The notes under the pieces are model-generated. The model had not been told where the DNA came from. It did no database searches and saw nothing but the letters and a program-made list of their open reading frames with translations. From Verrucomicrobiota bacterium (lineage in GTDB: Bacteria; Verrucomicrobiota; Verrucomicrobiia; Limisphaerales; SIBE01): a stretch of 64,000 bases of DNA. Below, piece by piece: positions 28,085-37,346 of this stretch. Location of the stretch: contig JAQBVM010000001.1 in assembly GCA_027623095.1 (NCBI GenBank), positions 1,745 through 65,744 on the forward strand, given 5' to 3'. The first letter of the stretch is position 1. The number at the start of each line of letters is the position of its first letter. The translations under genes and the position numbers were made by a program.

Positions 28085-28307
28085 ATAGTCTCCTTGCTCG
28101 GATCGACCACCATGCCTGGTCGATCAGCCGGTTATCGACACCGGGATCTTCGGCGAGCAGGCGGGCGAGTTGCCGGTCGCGGGCGCTCCAGGGCTTGCCC
28201 GCCTCGCGTTTGTGAATCAGCCGCGCCGCGATGCGCGCCTTGCGCCACCACGGATCGATAAGGGGTTCGCGTGCGATGTTCTGCAATGCCGCCATGTCCG
28301 AGTTCAT
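28053..28307 (-). CDS. Small basic hypothetical protein overlapping the NTase gene start
   Basis: 84-aa ORF with a 32-nt overlap on the NTase ORF. No family recognised. Confidence 0.4.
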   Translation of the reverse strand: MNSDMAALQNIAREPLIDPWWRKARIAARLIHKREAGKPWSARDRQLARLLAEDPGVDNRLIDQAWWSIRARRLYGPGILGWFN

Positions 28308-28355
28308 CCGAATTGGACTTCAGCTTACCCGGAGTTTTCAGAGAATTCAATGTGT

Positions 28356-28373
28356 GTCGCGAATGTTCGCGAC
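28356..28373. promoter_or_regulatory. Perfect 8-bp-arm palindrome GTCGCGAA-TG-TTCGCGAC (candidate operator)
   Basis: Read directly from the sequence. Located 49 nt upstream of the small ORF start at 28307. Confidence 0.45.
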
Positions 28374-28490
28374 TGGCCGGGTTGCGCGTTGAGCTCTTGC
28401 AATCCGTAAATTAATCTGAACCTTTCCCGTTCGATCAGCGATTTGCAGTCAAGCGGCCGCGCAATCTCAATTTTGAACAATTATTAAACG

Positions 28491-28742
28491 ATGAAATCGG
28501 TTCTTGCTCTCTTGATTCTCCTGATTCTCCTGATCATCGCGCTCGGAATTACACGCTCTGCCGTTGCTGAGCGCTTCCGCACCGACATCAATCCGGCCTT
28601 GCTCGACTGGCAAGGGTTCGGCGAGTGGCCATCGCTCTCCGAAGAAGACTCCGCCTACCTAAACTCAAACGATTGGAGGACGCGGCCACAGGACGAGCGA
28701 TTCGGCCGGCTTATGGCCATCTACGACAACTCGTTCATCTGA
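28491..28742 (+). CDS. Hypothetical secreted/membrane-anchored protein, possibly a truncated gene
   Basis: N-terminal hydrophobic leader (LALLILLILLIIALG). An ORF in another frame continues to 28942. Confidence 0.35.
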   Translation: MKSVLALLILLILLIIALGITRSAVAERFRTDINPALLDWQGFGEWPSLSEEDSAYLNSNDWRTRPQDERFGRLMAIYDNSFI

Positions 28743-29025
28743 AGGATTTTCGGGCGAGTTCCGACAGCGAGGAAATAATTCTGAGCCGCTTCCGCGGGCT
28801 GGTTCTTGCATCACTGTTCGACGAAAACAACGGAGCTGGCAATTTGCTCCACGAGAAAGTGATTAAGGCGTCGGGCGGGCTGCTAATGCCAATTCGACCA
28901 CCAAAGGGAGATCAATTCTATGATCGCAAGTTGAGGCGATAGGGCGCGATGCTGAAACCGTAAAAGAGTCGCTGTAGCGACAAACCGTGACGATTCGGTT
29001 CTCGATAGGTGACTCTTCGCGGACG

Positions 29026-30378
29026 CTAGTCTTCCGGAAGCGCCTTGCCTTTTGTCTCCGGAGCCCAAAACAGTGCGACGGCACCGATCAAATAGACGGA
29101 AGACATGACGATCGCCGCAGTCCGAAACGGCTCTGCCGAACCACTAAAGACATGAGTCGCGAGGTAGCCCATTAAGATTGGAAACGGAGCGGCCAGGTAG
29201 CGAACCGTATTGTAACAAAAGCCGACTCCCGTACCTCGCAGGCGCGTTGGAAAGAGTTCCGGGAAATAGATCGAATACCCCGCGAACACAGCCAATTGGG
29301 CGAAACCCATCATCGGGAGCATCCAATAGGCGTCGGACGCGGACCGCAGCGAATTAAAGACGAACATCGTCGTCAGCAGGCAGATAATGAATGATCCCAA
29401 GAATGCGATCCGCCGGTTCAGAAATGATGCAACGAACGTAAACGCCATCATTCCGAAGAAAGCTCCCACATTTTGAAGCGCGAAACCGTTGCTTCGAACG
29501 CGATCGACGACCTCTTGAGGTTCTCCCTTTAAGGCGTTCGACACGAGCTCAGGCGAGAAGAATCCGATTCCCCAGAGTCCAATCATGCCGGATACACCCA
29601 GCAGGAGGCCAATGATGGCGTGATGACGCCAGCGCGGATGGGTGAACAGTGCCGACAAAGATCCCACTTTGGCCTGGCTACCGCTGCTGGAAACTTGCGC
29701 CCTGGCTTTCAACCACGGCTCCGGCTCCTTGAGAAATACGATCATGGGCACAACCATGATTGCCGGGAGCACTCCCACGAAGAACAAGATCCGCCAACCG
29801 GAAAACGAGCCCCAATAATTTTCTTGGCCGGGTTGTACGAGGTGGCCCGCAATCAACGCGCCGAGGATGTTTCCGGTGGCCGAAAGGGCTTGGAGTGATC
29901 CCAAGGCCAAAGATCGGAATCCTGCCGGAACACTCTCCGCAACGAGCGTCGTCGCCGCTCCGAACATGCCACCAACGCCAAGCCCCACCAGAAATCGGTA
30001 AATGATGAAATCTGTCATTCCCTGAGAAATGCCCGACAACCCGGTGAATCCGGAGTACACCAGAAGTGTCGCGACCATCGTCTTGACGCGCCCCAGTTTA
30101 TCGCTCATCACGCCGAAAATGATGCCGCCCGTAGCCCAACCGAGGATCATCGAAGTCGTCGCGTAACCGCGATAATCCGCCGCTTTCTTGAGCGCTTCCT
30201 CGCTGCCGCGCAGGAGTTCGTTGACCGCGGATTCTCGAGCCAATGAAAAAATGGCTTGATCCATGCAATCGAATAACCAGCCGCAGGAGGCAATAATCAC
30301 TACCAGCCAGTGATAACCTGTGACGCCCTCAAAGACGCTTGTTTTTCGAACACTTGTTTGGTCTTCAGGATTCGCCAT
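29026..30378 (-). CDS. MFS transporter
   Basis: 450 aa, ~12 TM segments. MFS loop motif GVMSDKLGRVKT between TM2 and TM3. Confidence 0.85.
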   Translation of the reverse strand: MANPEDQTSVRKTSVFEGVTGYHWLVVIIASCGWLFDCMDQAIFSLARESAVNELLRGSEEALKKAADYRGYATTSMILGWATGGIIFGVMSDKLGRVKTMVATLLVYSGFTGLSGISQGMTDFIIYRFLVGLGVGGMFGAATTLVAESVPAGFRSLALGSLQALSATGNILGALIAGHLVQPGQENYWGSFSGWRILFFVGVLPAIMVVPMIVFLKEPEPWLKARAQVSSSGSQAKVGSLSALFTHPRWRHHAIIGLLLGVSGMIGLWGIGFFSPELVSNALKGEPQEVVDRVRSNGFALQNVGAFFGMMAFTFVASFLNRRIAFLGSFIICLLTTMFVFNSLRSASDAYWMLPMMGFAQLAVFAGYSIYFPELFPTRLRGTGVGFCYNTVRYLAAPFPILMGYLATHVFSGSAEPFRTAAIVMSSVYLIGAVALFWAPETKGKALPED

Positions 30379-30568
30379 GAGAATAAACGGGGAGTTGCAG
30401 GTTTTAGAGAATTGAAATTGTCGGATGGAACTGGGTCACGCCGCGCATTCTCAGAACGAAATGGCGGCACTGTCAAGCCGTGTGTTCAGTTTTTCCTTTC
30501 GTGAAATAGTTCGGAACGGGCCGCGCAAGCGCACGATTTTATAGGATCATCATGTCCAAATATCGCTG

Positions 30569-32017
30569 CTATCGCATCGCAAAGTCGATGCTCACGAGCC
30601 TGTCTTCACCTCGAAGATAAAGCCGTTTTTCCGAAAGGACAGGCGCTGCCCAGCATGGATAATGGAGGCCCGGCACCTGAAATCGGCAGATCTCTTCGGG
30701 CTTCTCTGGGTTGGGTTTAAACAAGCCCAGCAGTCCTCCTTCGCCCAGAGCAATCAACTTTCCGTCCGCCAGGATGCAAGAGCCGCGCCCGTAAACAGAA
30801 GGAGTCATTGAGCTGTGCGGGGGCCAGCTTTCGTCCCTGTCCCACATGAGCTTGCCCGTCTTGAACTCCACGCATCGGAACCGCGCGTCCGGTTCATTCC
30901 TGCCACTGAAAGCGTAGAGATAGCCATCATGATAAATGGGTGTGCTCCAGTGCATTTCCAACACGGGCGCTGTGGGCTGCCCAGTCTGCGGATCTCTTTC
31001 GCGAAGATCCCTTGGGCTCCGCCATGATTCGTTAAAACCGCGCCCGTCCGGATTCACTTGGAGAAGGACTGAACCGACGCGATAATAGGCGGCGGAAATA
31101 AAAACCAAATCATCGACCACGACAGGCCGCATCGCGTTGACCGAATCGTTCAAGGCGGACCGGAACCAACGGCTGAAATTGACTTCGCCCTTAGCCGGGT
31201 CCAGGGAGACCAAGCCTTGCCGCATTAAACAAAAGACGTGCCTTTTTCCATGAATTGTAACGGCAAACGGAGTCGAGTAACTGGCCTGCTTCTCTGAGCG
31301 CTGCCAGGTAACGGTGCGTTCTCCCGGCCACCCGAGCATCGGCTGGCCGGTCCAGTTTCGCTCTCCCACGCTTTCCCAGGCGGTTTTTCCAGTTTCAGGA
31401 TCGAGCGCCACCATGCCTGCGTTTGGCTGCCCGCCGACCATCACCAGCAGAAAACCTCCTTCCAAAATCGGAGTGCTGCCAACACCGAAGAATGCCGGTG
31501 GAATCTCCCATTCCTTGGCGGTGTTCCGCTCCCAAACGAGCTTGCCGGTTTGCAGATTCAGGCAAACGAGTTTGCCCTCCGCCCCAAAAGTGTAGCACCG
31601 TGTCGGCGTGAGAACGGGGGAGCAGCGTGGTCCGTTGTTGTAACCATACGGATCGACATAACGGCTCTCGTACGCGAAGCGCCAGACACGTTCGCCGGTC
31701 GCAGCATCCAGGCACTCCACGATCTCTTCGTTTTTTAAGCGGTGATGCAACACCAGCCTCCCTCCGAGGATGGATGGCGCGCTGTACCCGGTGCCAACAG
31801 CTTTGCTCCATAATACAGGAGGGCCGCTCTCGGCCCATCGATCTAGCAAACCCGTTTCCGACGAAACTCCGGTGCCGAGCGGTCCCAAGAATTGGGTCCA
31901 GTCTTCGCTCTTGGAGGGCTTTTCAGTCGCAACAATGAAAGAATACGCGAGACTGAGAACAACGAGCCTTCGGATGCATCGGGACGCTCGGTGTACTATT
32001 CGGCCTGTTATTTTCAT
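30569..32017 (-). CDS. PQQ-like beta-propeller repeat protein (BamB-like fold)
   Basis: Signal peptide. Repeated G.l.alD..TGk..W motifs (CLDAATGERVW, CLNLQTGKLVW, ALDPETGKTAW). Confidence 0.8.
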   Translation of the reverse strand: MKITGRIVHRASRCIRRLVVLSLAYSFIVATEKPSKSEDWTQFLGPLGTGVSSETGLLDRWAESGPPVLWSKAVGTGYSAPSILGGRLVLHHRLKNEEIVECLDAATGERVWRFAYESRYVDPYGYNNGPRCSPVLTPTRCYTFGAEGKLVCLNLQTGKLVWERNTAKEWEIPPAFFGVGSTPILEGGFLLVMVGGQPNAGMVALDPETGKTAWESVGERNWTGQPMLGWPGERTVTWQRSEKQASYSTPFAVTIHGKRHVFCLMRQGLVSLDPAKGEVNFSRWFRSALNDSVNAMRPVVVDDLVFISAAYYRVGSVLLQVNPDGRGFNESWRSPRDLRERDPQTGQPTAPVLEMHWSTPIYHDGYLYAFSGRNEPDARFRCVEFKTGKLMWDRDESWPPHSSMTPSVYGRGSCILADGKLIALGEGGLLGLFKPNPEKPEEICRFQVPGLHYPCWAAPVLSEKRLYLRGEDRLVSIDFAMR

Positions 32018-32020
32018 CGT

Positions 32021-33394
32021 TTACAGAGGTTTTGAGCGGATGCAGTAGAGATGATTCATCGTGCGTATGATCAGGCTGTCGCCGAGCACAGCAGGCGTTG
32101 CCATTGACATCTCCGCAAGCGAGTTCTTGCGATGCAGCTTATACGCAGGTCCGGCCTCTACCACGAACGTGTCCCCGTCTTCGCTCAGGCAGAAGAGCTT
32201 TCCGCCGTAGGCCCAGGGGGACGACGTGAACGCGGAAACACCTTCTGTATTGAGTCGCTCCCGGTCATAAACGAGCCTGCCGGTCTTCGCCTCGTAACAA
32301 CTGAGCAAACCCCGATCGTAGAGCACGTAAAGGTAATCCCCATACACGAGGGGTGACGGGTTGTATGGGCCGCCTTTAGCCTGATACCAGGCAACGTGGC
32401 TGTTGGATGTCTCTCCTTCTTTCAAAGAAATGTCTCCGGACGCTCCGGGCCGGATCGCGAACAACGGTCGAATATTGTCACCCACGTAGCCCGAGCTGAC
32501 ATAGAGAAGGCCGAATTCTGAGAAAGGCGTGGGAATCGCGATTGATGACATTCCTCCCAGTTCCCATAACGGCTCACCCTTCAAGTTGTACGATCGCACC
32601 TTGTTTCGTCCCGGAGTGACAATCTCTGTCCGTTCATGGTTCTCCCAAATATATGGAGTCGCCCAATTGCTGGGTTCGTCGCGATTCACACGCCAGATTT
32701 CATTACCCGTGCTTGGGTCCAGTGCCACGAGAAACGACTGCTTGTCGTTGTCGTTTACAATGTAGAGACGGTTGTTGTGAAGGACCGGCGACGCTGCCGT
32801 GCCCCAGCCGTAGCGCGTTGGAAAAACTTCGAAGTTTTTGGACCAAATCCCATTTCCCTCCATATCCAGGCAAAACAGACCTAAATTCCCAAAATACGCG
32901 TAAACGCGCGTGCCGTCCGTTACCGGAGTCTCGGACGCGTAACTGTTCTTGAGATGGACCGAACTTGACGGGCGTCCGCTGTGCACGTCCCGTTCCCAGA
33001 GCTTGCGTCCTGTTTCCAGGTCGAATCCGAACACTTTGTAAATGTGAAGATCTTTGGAAGGAACTGGCCGTTCGCCGTTAAAATAGAGACCTTTTTTCGG
33101 AGTCTCGAGTTCGCCCTCTTTCAGAACAGAAGTTACGAAGATTCTATTGCCCCATCCTATCGGTGACGACCAACCGACACCCGGAACCTGGGCTTTCCAG
33201 GCAATGTTTTGGCTCTCGCCCCATTGCAAGGGAAGGTGATCACCATCCGCGACCCCTTTGGAGTTGAATCCGCGAAACTGGGGCCAGGCGGAAGCTGCGA
33301 TCGAACCTGTCGGTGCGATCATCAGAAAATTCCCGCAGGCGGTTATGAGTGTTAGTGAGACTCGAAAGGAGTGAATGGCATAACGGGTGCGCAT
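32021..33394 (-). CDS. PQQ-like beta-propeller repeat protein
   Basis: Same repeat type (FDLETGRKLW, ALDPSTGNEIW, CYEAKTGRLVY). I place the start at the internal ATG 33394 (MRTRYAIHSF... signal), because the 5' extension of the track ORF runs through a repeat element. Confidence 0.8.
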   Translation of the reverse strand: MRTRYAIHSFRVSLTLITACGNFLMIAPTGSIAASAWPQFRGFNSKGVADGDHLPLQWGESQNIAWKAQVPGVGWSSPIGWGNRIFVTSVLKEGELETPKKGLYFNGERPVPSKDLHIYKVFGFDLETGRKLWERDVHSGRPSSSVHLKNSYASETPVTDGTRVYAYFGNLGLFCLDMEGNGIWSKNFEVFPTRYGWGTAASPVLHNNRLYIVNDNDKQSFLVALDPSTGNEIWRVNRDEPSNWATPYIWENHERTEIVTPGRNKVRSYNLKGEPLWELGGMSSIAIPTPFSEFGLLYVSSGYVGDNIRPLFAIRPGASGDISLKEGETSNSHVAWYQAKGGPYNPSPLVYGDYLYVLYDRGLLSCYEAKTGRLVYDRERLNTEGVSAFTSSPWAYGGKLFCLSEDGDTFVVEAGPAYKLHRKNSLAEMSMATPAVLGDSLIIRTMNHLYCIRSKPL

Positions 33395-33488
33395 CAAACC
33401 AGAACAAGCCGTCGCTCGCGCGTTGTCAAGCGAATGTCTGCGAACAGGTAGTGCTGGGGCGCATCTCCGACTCGTTGGAACAGTCGCC

Positions 33489-33599
33489 GGACCGCGGGCT
33501 GTCCCAGCCCGCAGCGCTCGAAAAATATTCCTCGCATCGGAAACAAGCTGATGCGTCAATTTGTTCGGGATCGCTGCGGCTTGGTACAAGCCGCGGTCC
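33489..33599. repeat. Interspersed repeat element: 26-nt imperfect inverted arms (GGACCGCGGGCTGTCCCAGCCCGCAG ...) around a ~59-nt core
   Basis: Left arm 33489-33514, right arm 33574-33599 (21/26 complementary). The left arm plus ~45 nt of core recur at 53631-53700. Confidence 0.6.
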
Positions 33600-33691
33600 G
33601 AGTGCACGAGTCAACTCCACCAACAACATCGGAGATGCGTCCGGAGCGATGGATCGGCTAGATTTTTCGACGACCTCTCCGTCAACGGGTT

Positions 33692-34642
33692 TTAATAAAC
33701 CTTTGGCACGAGTGTCTGCTCTTTGAATGGCGGTCGAATGTAACCCGTGTCAGCCTGTCGAGGTGGAAGTTTGATGGGATCTGGCGTGAGATCTTTGTAG
33801 GAAATCATTCCGAGCAGATGATGAATGCAATTCAAGCGCGCGCACTTTTTGTTGTCGGCGTTCACCACATACCATGGGCACTGTTTGATGTCGGTGTAAG
33901 CCATCATCTCGTCCTTGGCTCGCGAATAGTCCTGCCACCGCCGACGGGATTCCAAGTCCATGGGACTGAGTTTCCAACGTTTGGTTGGATCCTTGATCCG
34001 GTCTTTGAATCGCCTCTCCTGCTCTTCGTCGCCCACGGAGAACCAGTATTTGATCACGATGATCCCCGACCTCACCAACATCCGCTCAAACTCCGGACAC
34101 GAATGGAGAAACTCTTGATGCTCCGCCTCCGTGCAAAATCCCATGACCCTTTCCACACCCGCTCTATTGTACCAACTCCGGTCAAACAGCACCATTTCCC
34201 CTCCGGCCGGGAGGTGTGGGGCGTACCGCTGAAAATACCACTGCGTTTTCTCTTTTTCTGTGGGAGTGCCCAACGCGACAACTTTGCAAACGCGGGGATT
34301 CATCCGTTGCGAAATCCGTTTGATGACGCCGCCTTTTCCCGCCGCGTCGCGCCCCTCGAAAATAACGACAACTTTTAGGCGCTCTTTCCTGATCCATTCC
34401 TGAAGCTTCACCAATTCGACTTGAAGCTTCGTAAGTTCCTTCAGATACCGTTTGTTCTTCAATTTCTTGTTTTTATCGGATTTATCCGCTTTCTTGTCCT
34501 GCAATGGAATCTCGCCGTTTTTCGCTTCGTTCCTTGGTTTTTTCGACTTGGAGGCTGACGGTATCTCCGGGCCTTTTTTCTGGTCGCCGGCTTCGGAGGA
34601 AATCAAATCGGATCTGACAGGCGTTTTGTTTTTAGGTTTCAT
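33692..34642 (-). CDS. ppk2: Polyphosphate kinase 2
   Basis: VVVIFEGRDAAGKGG (Walker A), FDRSWYNR, WYVVNADNK. Lys-rich N-terminal extension. Confidence 0.9.
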   Translation of the reverse strand: MKPKNKTPVRSDLISSEAGDQKKGPEIPSASKSKKPRNEAKNGEIPLQDKKADKSDKNKKLKNKRYLKELTKLQVELVKLQEWIRKERLKVVVIFEGRDAAGKGGVIKRISQRMNPRVCKVVALGTPTEKEKTQWYFQRYAPHLPAGGEMVLFDRSWYNRAGVERVMGFCTEAEHQEFLHSCPEFERMLVRSGIIVIKYWFSVGDEEQERRFKDRIKDPTKRWKLSPMDLESRRRWQDYSRAKDEMMAYTDIKQCPWYVVNADNKKCARLNCIHHLLGMISYKDLTPDPIKLPPRQADTGYIRPPFKEQTLVPKVY

Positions 34643-34755
34643 AGTTTATGACGGTTCAGCGGAATTCGTCCGAAAGTAAATTGGATCCTCAACGCTACGG
34701 GATAGAATAGACACGGATTCCGCGTTGAAACTATCCAGAAATTGGCAAGCGCTTA

Positions 34756-36102
34756 TCATTCCTTGACCTTATTCTGCCGGGCACAGCCCGAATTCGACAA
34801 TGCCGCAGCGCCAGCGCCGTCTTCAGATGCGAGCCTGACGATTGCCAGTGTATTGAGCAGTGCTTTTGGAACAAACGAAGTCACATCGACATACTCAGGC
34901 AGTTTTGAACCATCGGCGCTTCGTTCGGAACAGTGATCGTTATCGCCCCACGGTCCCAGTCCGTCAAGGGTCGGAACGATGTCCCATAAGAGGTTGCCAT
35001 CGCTGAGCCCGCCGCGCTCTTCGATGTTCACTTTCATTCCTAAGATCCGGCCTGTTTCTTGCCAAACGCATACCAGGCGCTCGGAATCTGAGTTTCGTGG
35101 CCAAGGACAGCTTTCATCGAGGATTTCGATTGCGACTTTGCATGGAGAACGATCTGCGATGCTTCGTATTTCTCCCTCTCCGCCTAGAGCCATCAATTGA
35201 GCCATTCCCTTTCGATAAACCTCGGGGTTAAAGGCTCGGAACTCGCCTTCGGCAAAGGCCTCATGCGGAACACGGTTGAACGAGTTGCCTCCAGAGATCT
35301 TCCCCACGTTAAAGGTCAGTTCATTTCGATAATCGGTCAGCGCGGCAACTCTCTGAATCGTATTTGCCAGTTGGATTGTAGCATTGGCGCCATATCGATG
35401 CTTGCCTCCCGCGTGCGCACCGCGTCCGGTAACCGTGATCCGCCATGTAGCTCGACCCTTGCGGGCGGTTACAAGCAGGTGTTCATCTCCCAGGCGGCCC
35501 TCGGCCTCGAATACCAGCGCCGCCAGCGTCTTCGAATCCAAATGATTGCGGCAGATTTCTCCAAAATCTTTTGACAAGGTTTCCTCGGACGAATTCCAGA
35601 ACAGGCGCCAGGAGATACCCTCAAATACATCCGGAGCGTATTTGTGAAGAGTTCCGAGGACGAGCCACATCATTACCGTGCCGCCTTTGATATCGTGCGT
35701 TCCAGGCCCGAAAATCTGATCGCCGTTTCGTTCCCAGCGGAAGTTGTTTCGAATCTCTTCTTCCGGAGGAAAAACTGTGTCAAGGTGGGAGATCATCGCG
35801 AGAGAGCGGTCCGACCGGCCTTGGCGGGTCATCACAAGATGTTTTCCCCATCCTCGGTGCGAGGACGGAAAAAACTCGGCTGTGAATCCGAGCGGAGCGA
35901 AGCATCTGGCGGTGAATTCTCCTAGCCGGTCCACTCCAACCGGGTTTTCGGTATAGCTGTTGATACCGACCATCTCTCGGAGCATCTCCAACGCAGCCGG
36001 CATTTGGCTCTTAAGGAACTCCTCAAGTTGTGAGCGTTCTTGCATGAATCCGATGCTGAGCTGCTCCCCGACGGGCGTCAACAAACCGTGAACCGCCTTC
36101 AA
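34756..36102 (-). CDS. M20-family metallopeptidase (carboxypeptidase G2/deacylase-like)
   Basis: ISHLDTV, GPGTHDIKGG, WNSSEE, GRGAHAGG motifs in M20 order. Confidence 0.8.
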   Translation of the reverse strand: MKAVHGLLTPVGEQLSIGFMQERSQLEEFLKSQMPAALEMLREMVGINSYTENPVGVDRLGEFTARCFAPLGFTAEFFPSSHRGWGKHLVMTRQGRSDRSLAMISHLDTVFPPEEEIRNNFRWERNGDQIFGPGTHDIKGGTVMMWLVLGTLHKYAPDVFEGISWRLFWNSSEETLSKDFGEICRNHLDSKTLAALVFEAEGRLGDEHLLVTARKGRATWRITVTGRGAHAGGKHRYGANATIQLANTIQRVAALTDYRNELTFNVGKISGGNSFNRVPHEAFAEGEFRAFNPEVYRKGMAQLMALGGEGEIRSIADRSPCKVAIEILDESCPWPRNSDSERLVCVWQETGRILGMKVNIEERGGLSDGNLLWDIVPTLDGLGPWGDNDHCSERSADGSKLPEYVDVTSFVPKALLNTLAIVRLASEDGAGAAALSNSGCARQNKVKE

Positions 36103-36274
36103 GCGGGCTTTCAGCCCTATTATGGCAGCTCATTTGTAATTGATGAGCTTTGGGGCGGGTATGCTCCGGACTTTCAGGAAAATGGATACTGCGCCCAAAT
36201 CCGAAGGCCAAAGCGCTTATTCATTTCAGTATCAATTAGGGGGAATTCTGGATGGCGAGCGCCTTAGAAAAGTC

Positions 36275-36490
36275 CTACCGCAGGCGCCAAACGATGCGCG
36301 CTTTGTTCAGATCGTAAGGCGACATTTCCATTTTGACGCGATCGCCGACTGTCAGGCGAACCCATCGCTTGCGCATTTTTCCGCAGATCGTCGCTAAAAC
36401 AAGGTGTTTATTGTTCAGCTCCACTCGAAACATCGTTCCCGGCAACACGGTTTCGACTCTTCCTTCGACTTCAATTGGTTGTTCTTTCAT
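36275..36490 (-). CDS. infA: Translation initiation factor IF-1
   Basis: [41 protein letters not shown]..., full-length S1-like IF-1. Confidence 0.95.
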   Translation of the reverse strand: MKEQPIEVEGRVETVLPGTMFRVELNNKHLVLATICGKMRKRWVRLTVGDRVKMEMSPYDLNKARIVWRLR

Positions 36491-36561
36491 CTAGCGATTT
36501 GGAATCCGACAGGATCGCCCCGCTAGCAAATCCACGAAGGAACCCGTGAGGGGCAGTACCG

Positions 36562-36594
36562 AAAAAAAGTGAGGCCCGGTTTAAACCGGACCCC
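36562..36594 (-). terminator. Rho-independent terminator downstream of the RRM gene
   Basis: Minus strand reads GGGGTCCGGTTTAAACCGGGCCTC followed by ACTTTTTTTC, a palindromic CCGG stem plus T7. Confidence 0.55.
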
Positions 36595-36616
36595 TTCAAG
36601 TTATTACTGATTCGAA

Positions 36617-36988
36617 TTAATGGCGGTTTCGTCCACCACCGCCGCCGCCGCCATACCCACCACCGCCGCCGCCATACCCACCGCCACCGCCACCGCCACC
36701 ACCACGCCGGGGGCCGCCACCGCCGCCTGGAGGGCGATCTTCTCGGGGCCGCGCAATGTTCACCGTGAGATTCCTGCCTCCCACCGAGGCGCCATTCATT
36801 GCCTCAATCGCCTTTTCAGCCTCTTCTGGAGAACTCATTGTGACGAACCCGAAGCCTCTCGGGCGTCCGCTCATGCGATCGATCATTAAGTTGGCTTCAA
36901 TCACCGTGCCGTGAGCGGCAAACGCGTCTTGAAGATCGTTTTCAGTTGTATCAAAGGAGATGTTCCCGACAAATAATTTTGTACTCAT
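36617..36988 (-). CDS. RRM-type RNA-binding protein with Gly-rich tail
   Basis: RNP2 LFVGNI and RNP1 RGFGFVTM. C-terminal [19 protein letters not shown]. Confidence 0.9.
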   Translation of the reverse strand: MSTKLFVGNISFDTTENDLQDAFAAHGTVIEANLMIDRMSGRPRGFGFVTMSSPEEAEKAIEAMNGASVGGRNLTVNIARPREDRPPGGGGGPRRGGGGGGGGGYGGGGGGYGGGGGGGRNRH

Positions 36989-37346
36989 TCAATTCTACAC
37001 TGTCTAAGACTAACCATTTCTTTCTTCAGACTGTTCCCGACCGCCGGGTTTAAAATCATCACTGAACCGTGTTCACCTGAAGATTCACCATGCCTCGAAA
37101 GTGATCAGCCAATTGACAGGGCATCTGACTGTGTGCGTTTCTAACGGAATTGCAAAGCCAATTCTTGATTTTTTTCGAGGAATGTGAGGGTTCTCCTTCG
37201 ATTCCTGGCAATACCCCCTATTCGCGGACGGTTCAACACAGCGTGGCTTCACAATGGCATGGTTGATTGTCGAATGCTTTCGAAAGTCGTTCGAGCGGTT
37301 CGGAATTGCCGCCAAGCACAGTTGACGCTTAAGGTGATGTCCCATT

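Noticed and set aside
28053-28307. Possible HEPN Rx4-6H motif (RIAARLIH) in the small ORF, which would make the pair a classic MNT/HEPN system
   Set aside because: A single short pattern in an 84-aa basic protein is easily chance. The length and the rest of the sequence do not resemble HEPN toxins, so I keep the pair as 'partner of unknown type'.
36620-36889. 89-aa plus-strand ORF rich in Ala/Thr/Pro ([10 protein letters not shown]...)
   Set aside because: It is the antisense reading of the Gly-rich tail of the RRM protein.
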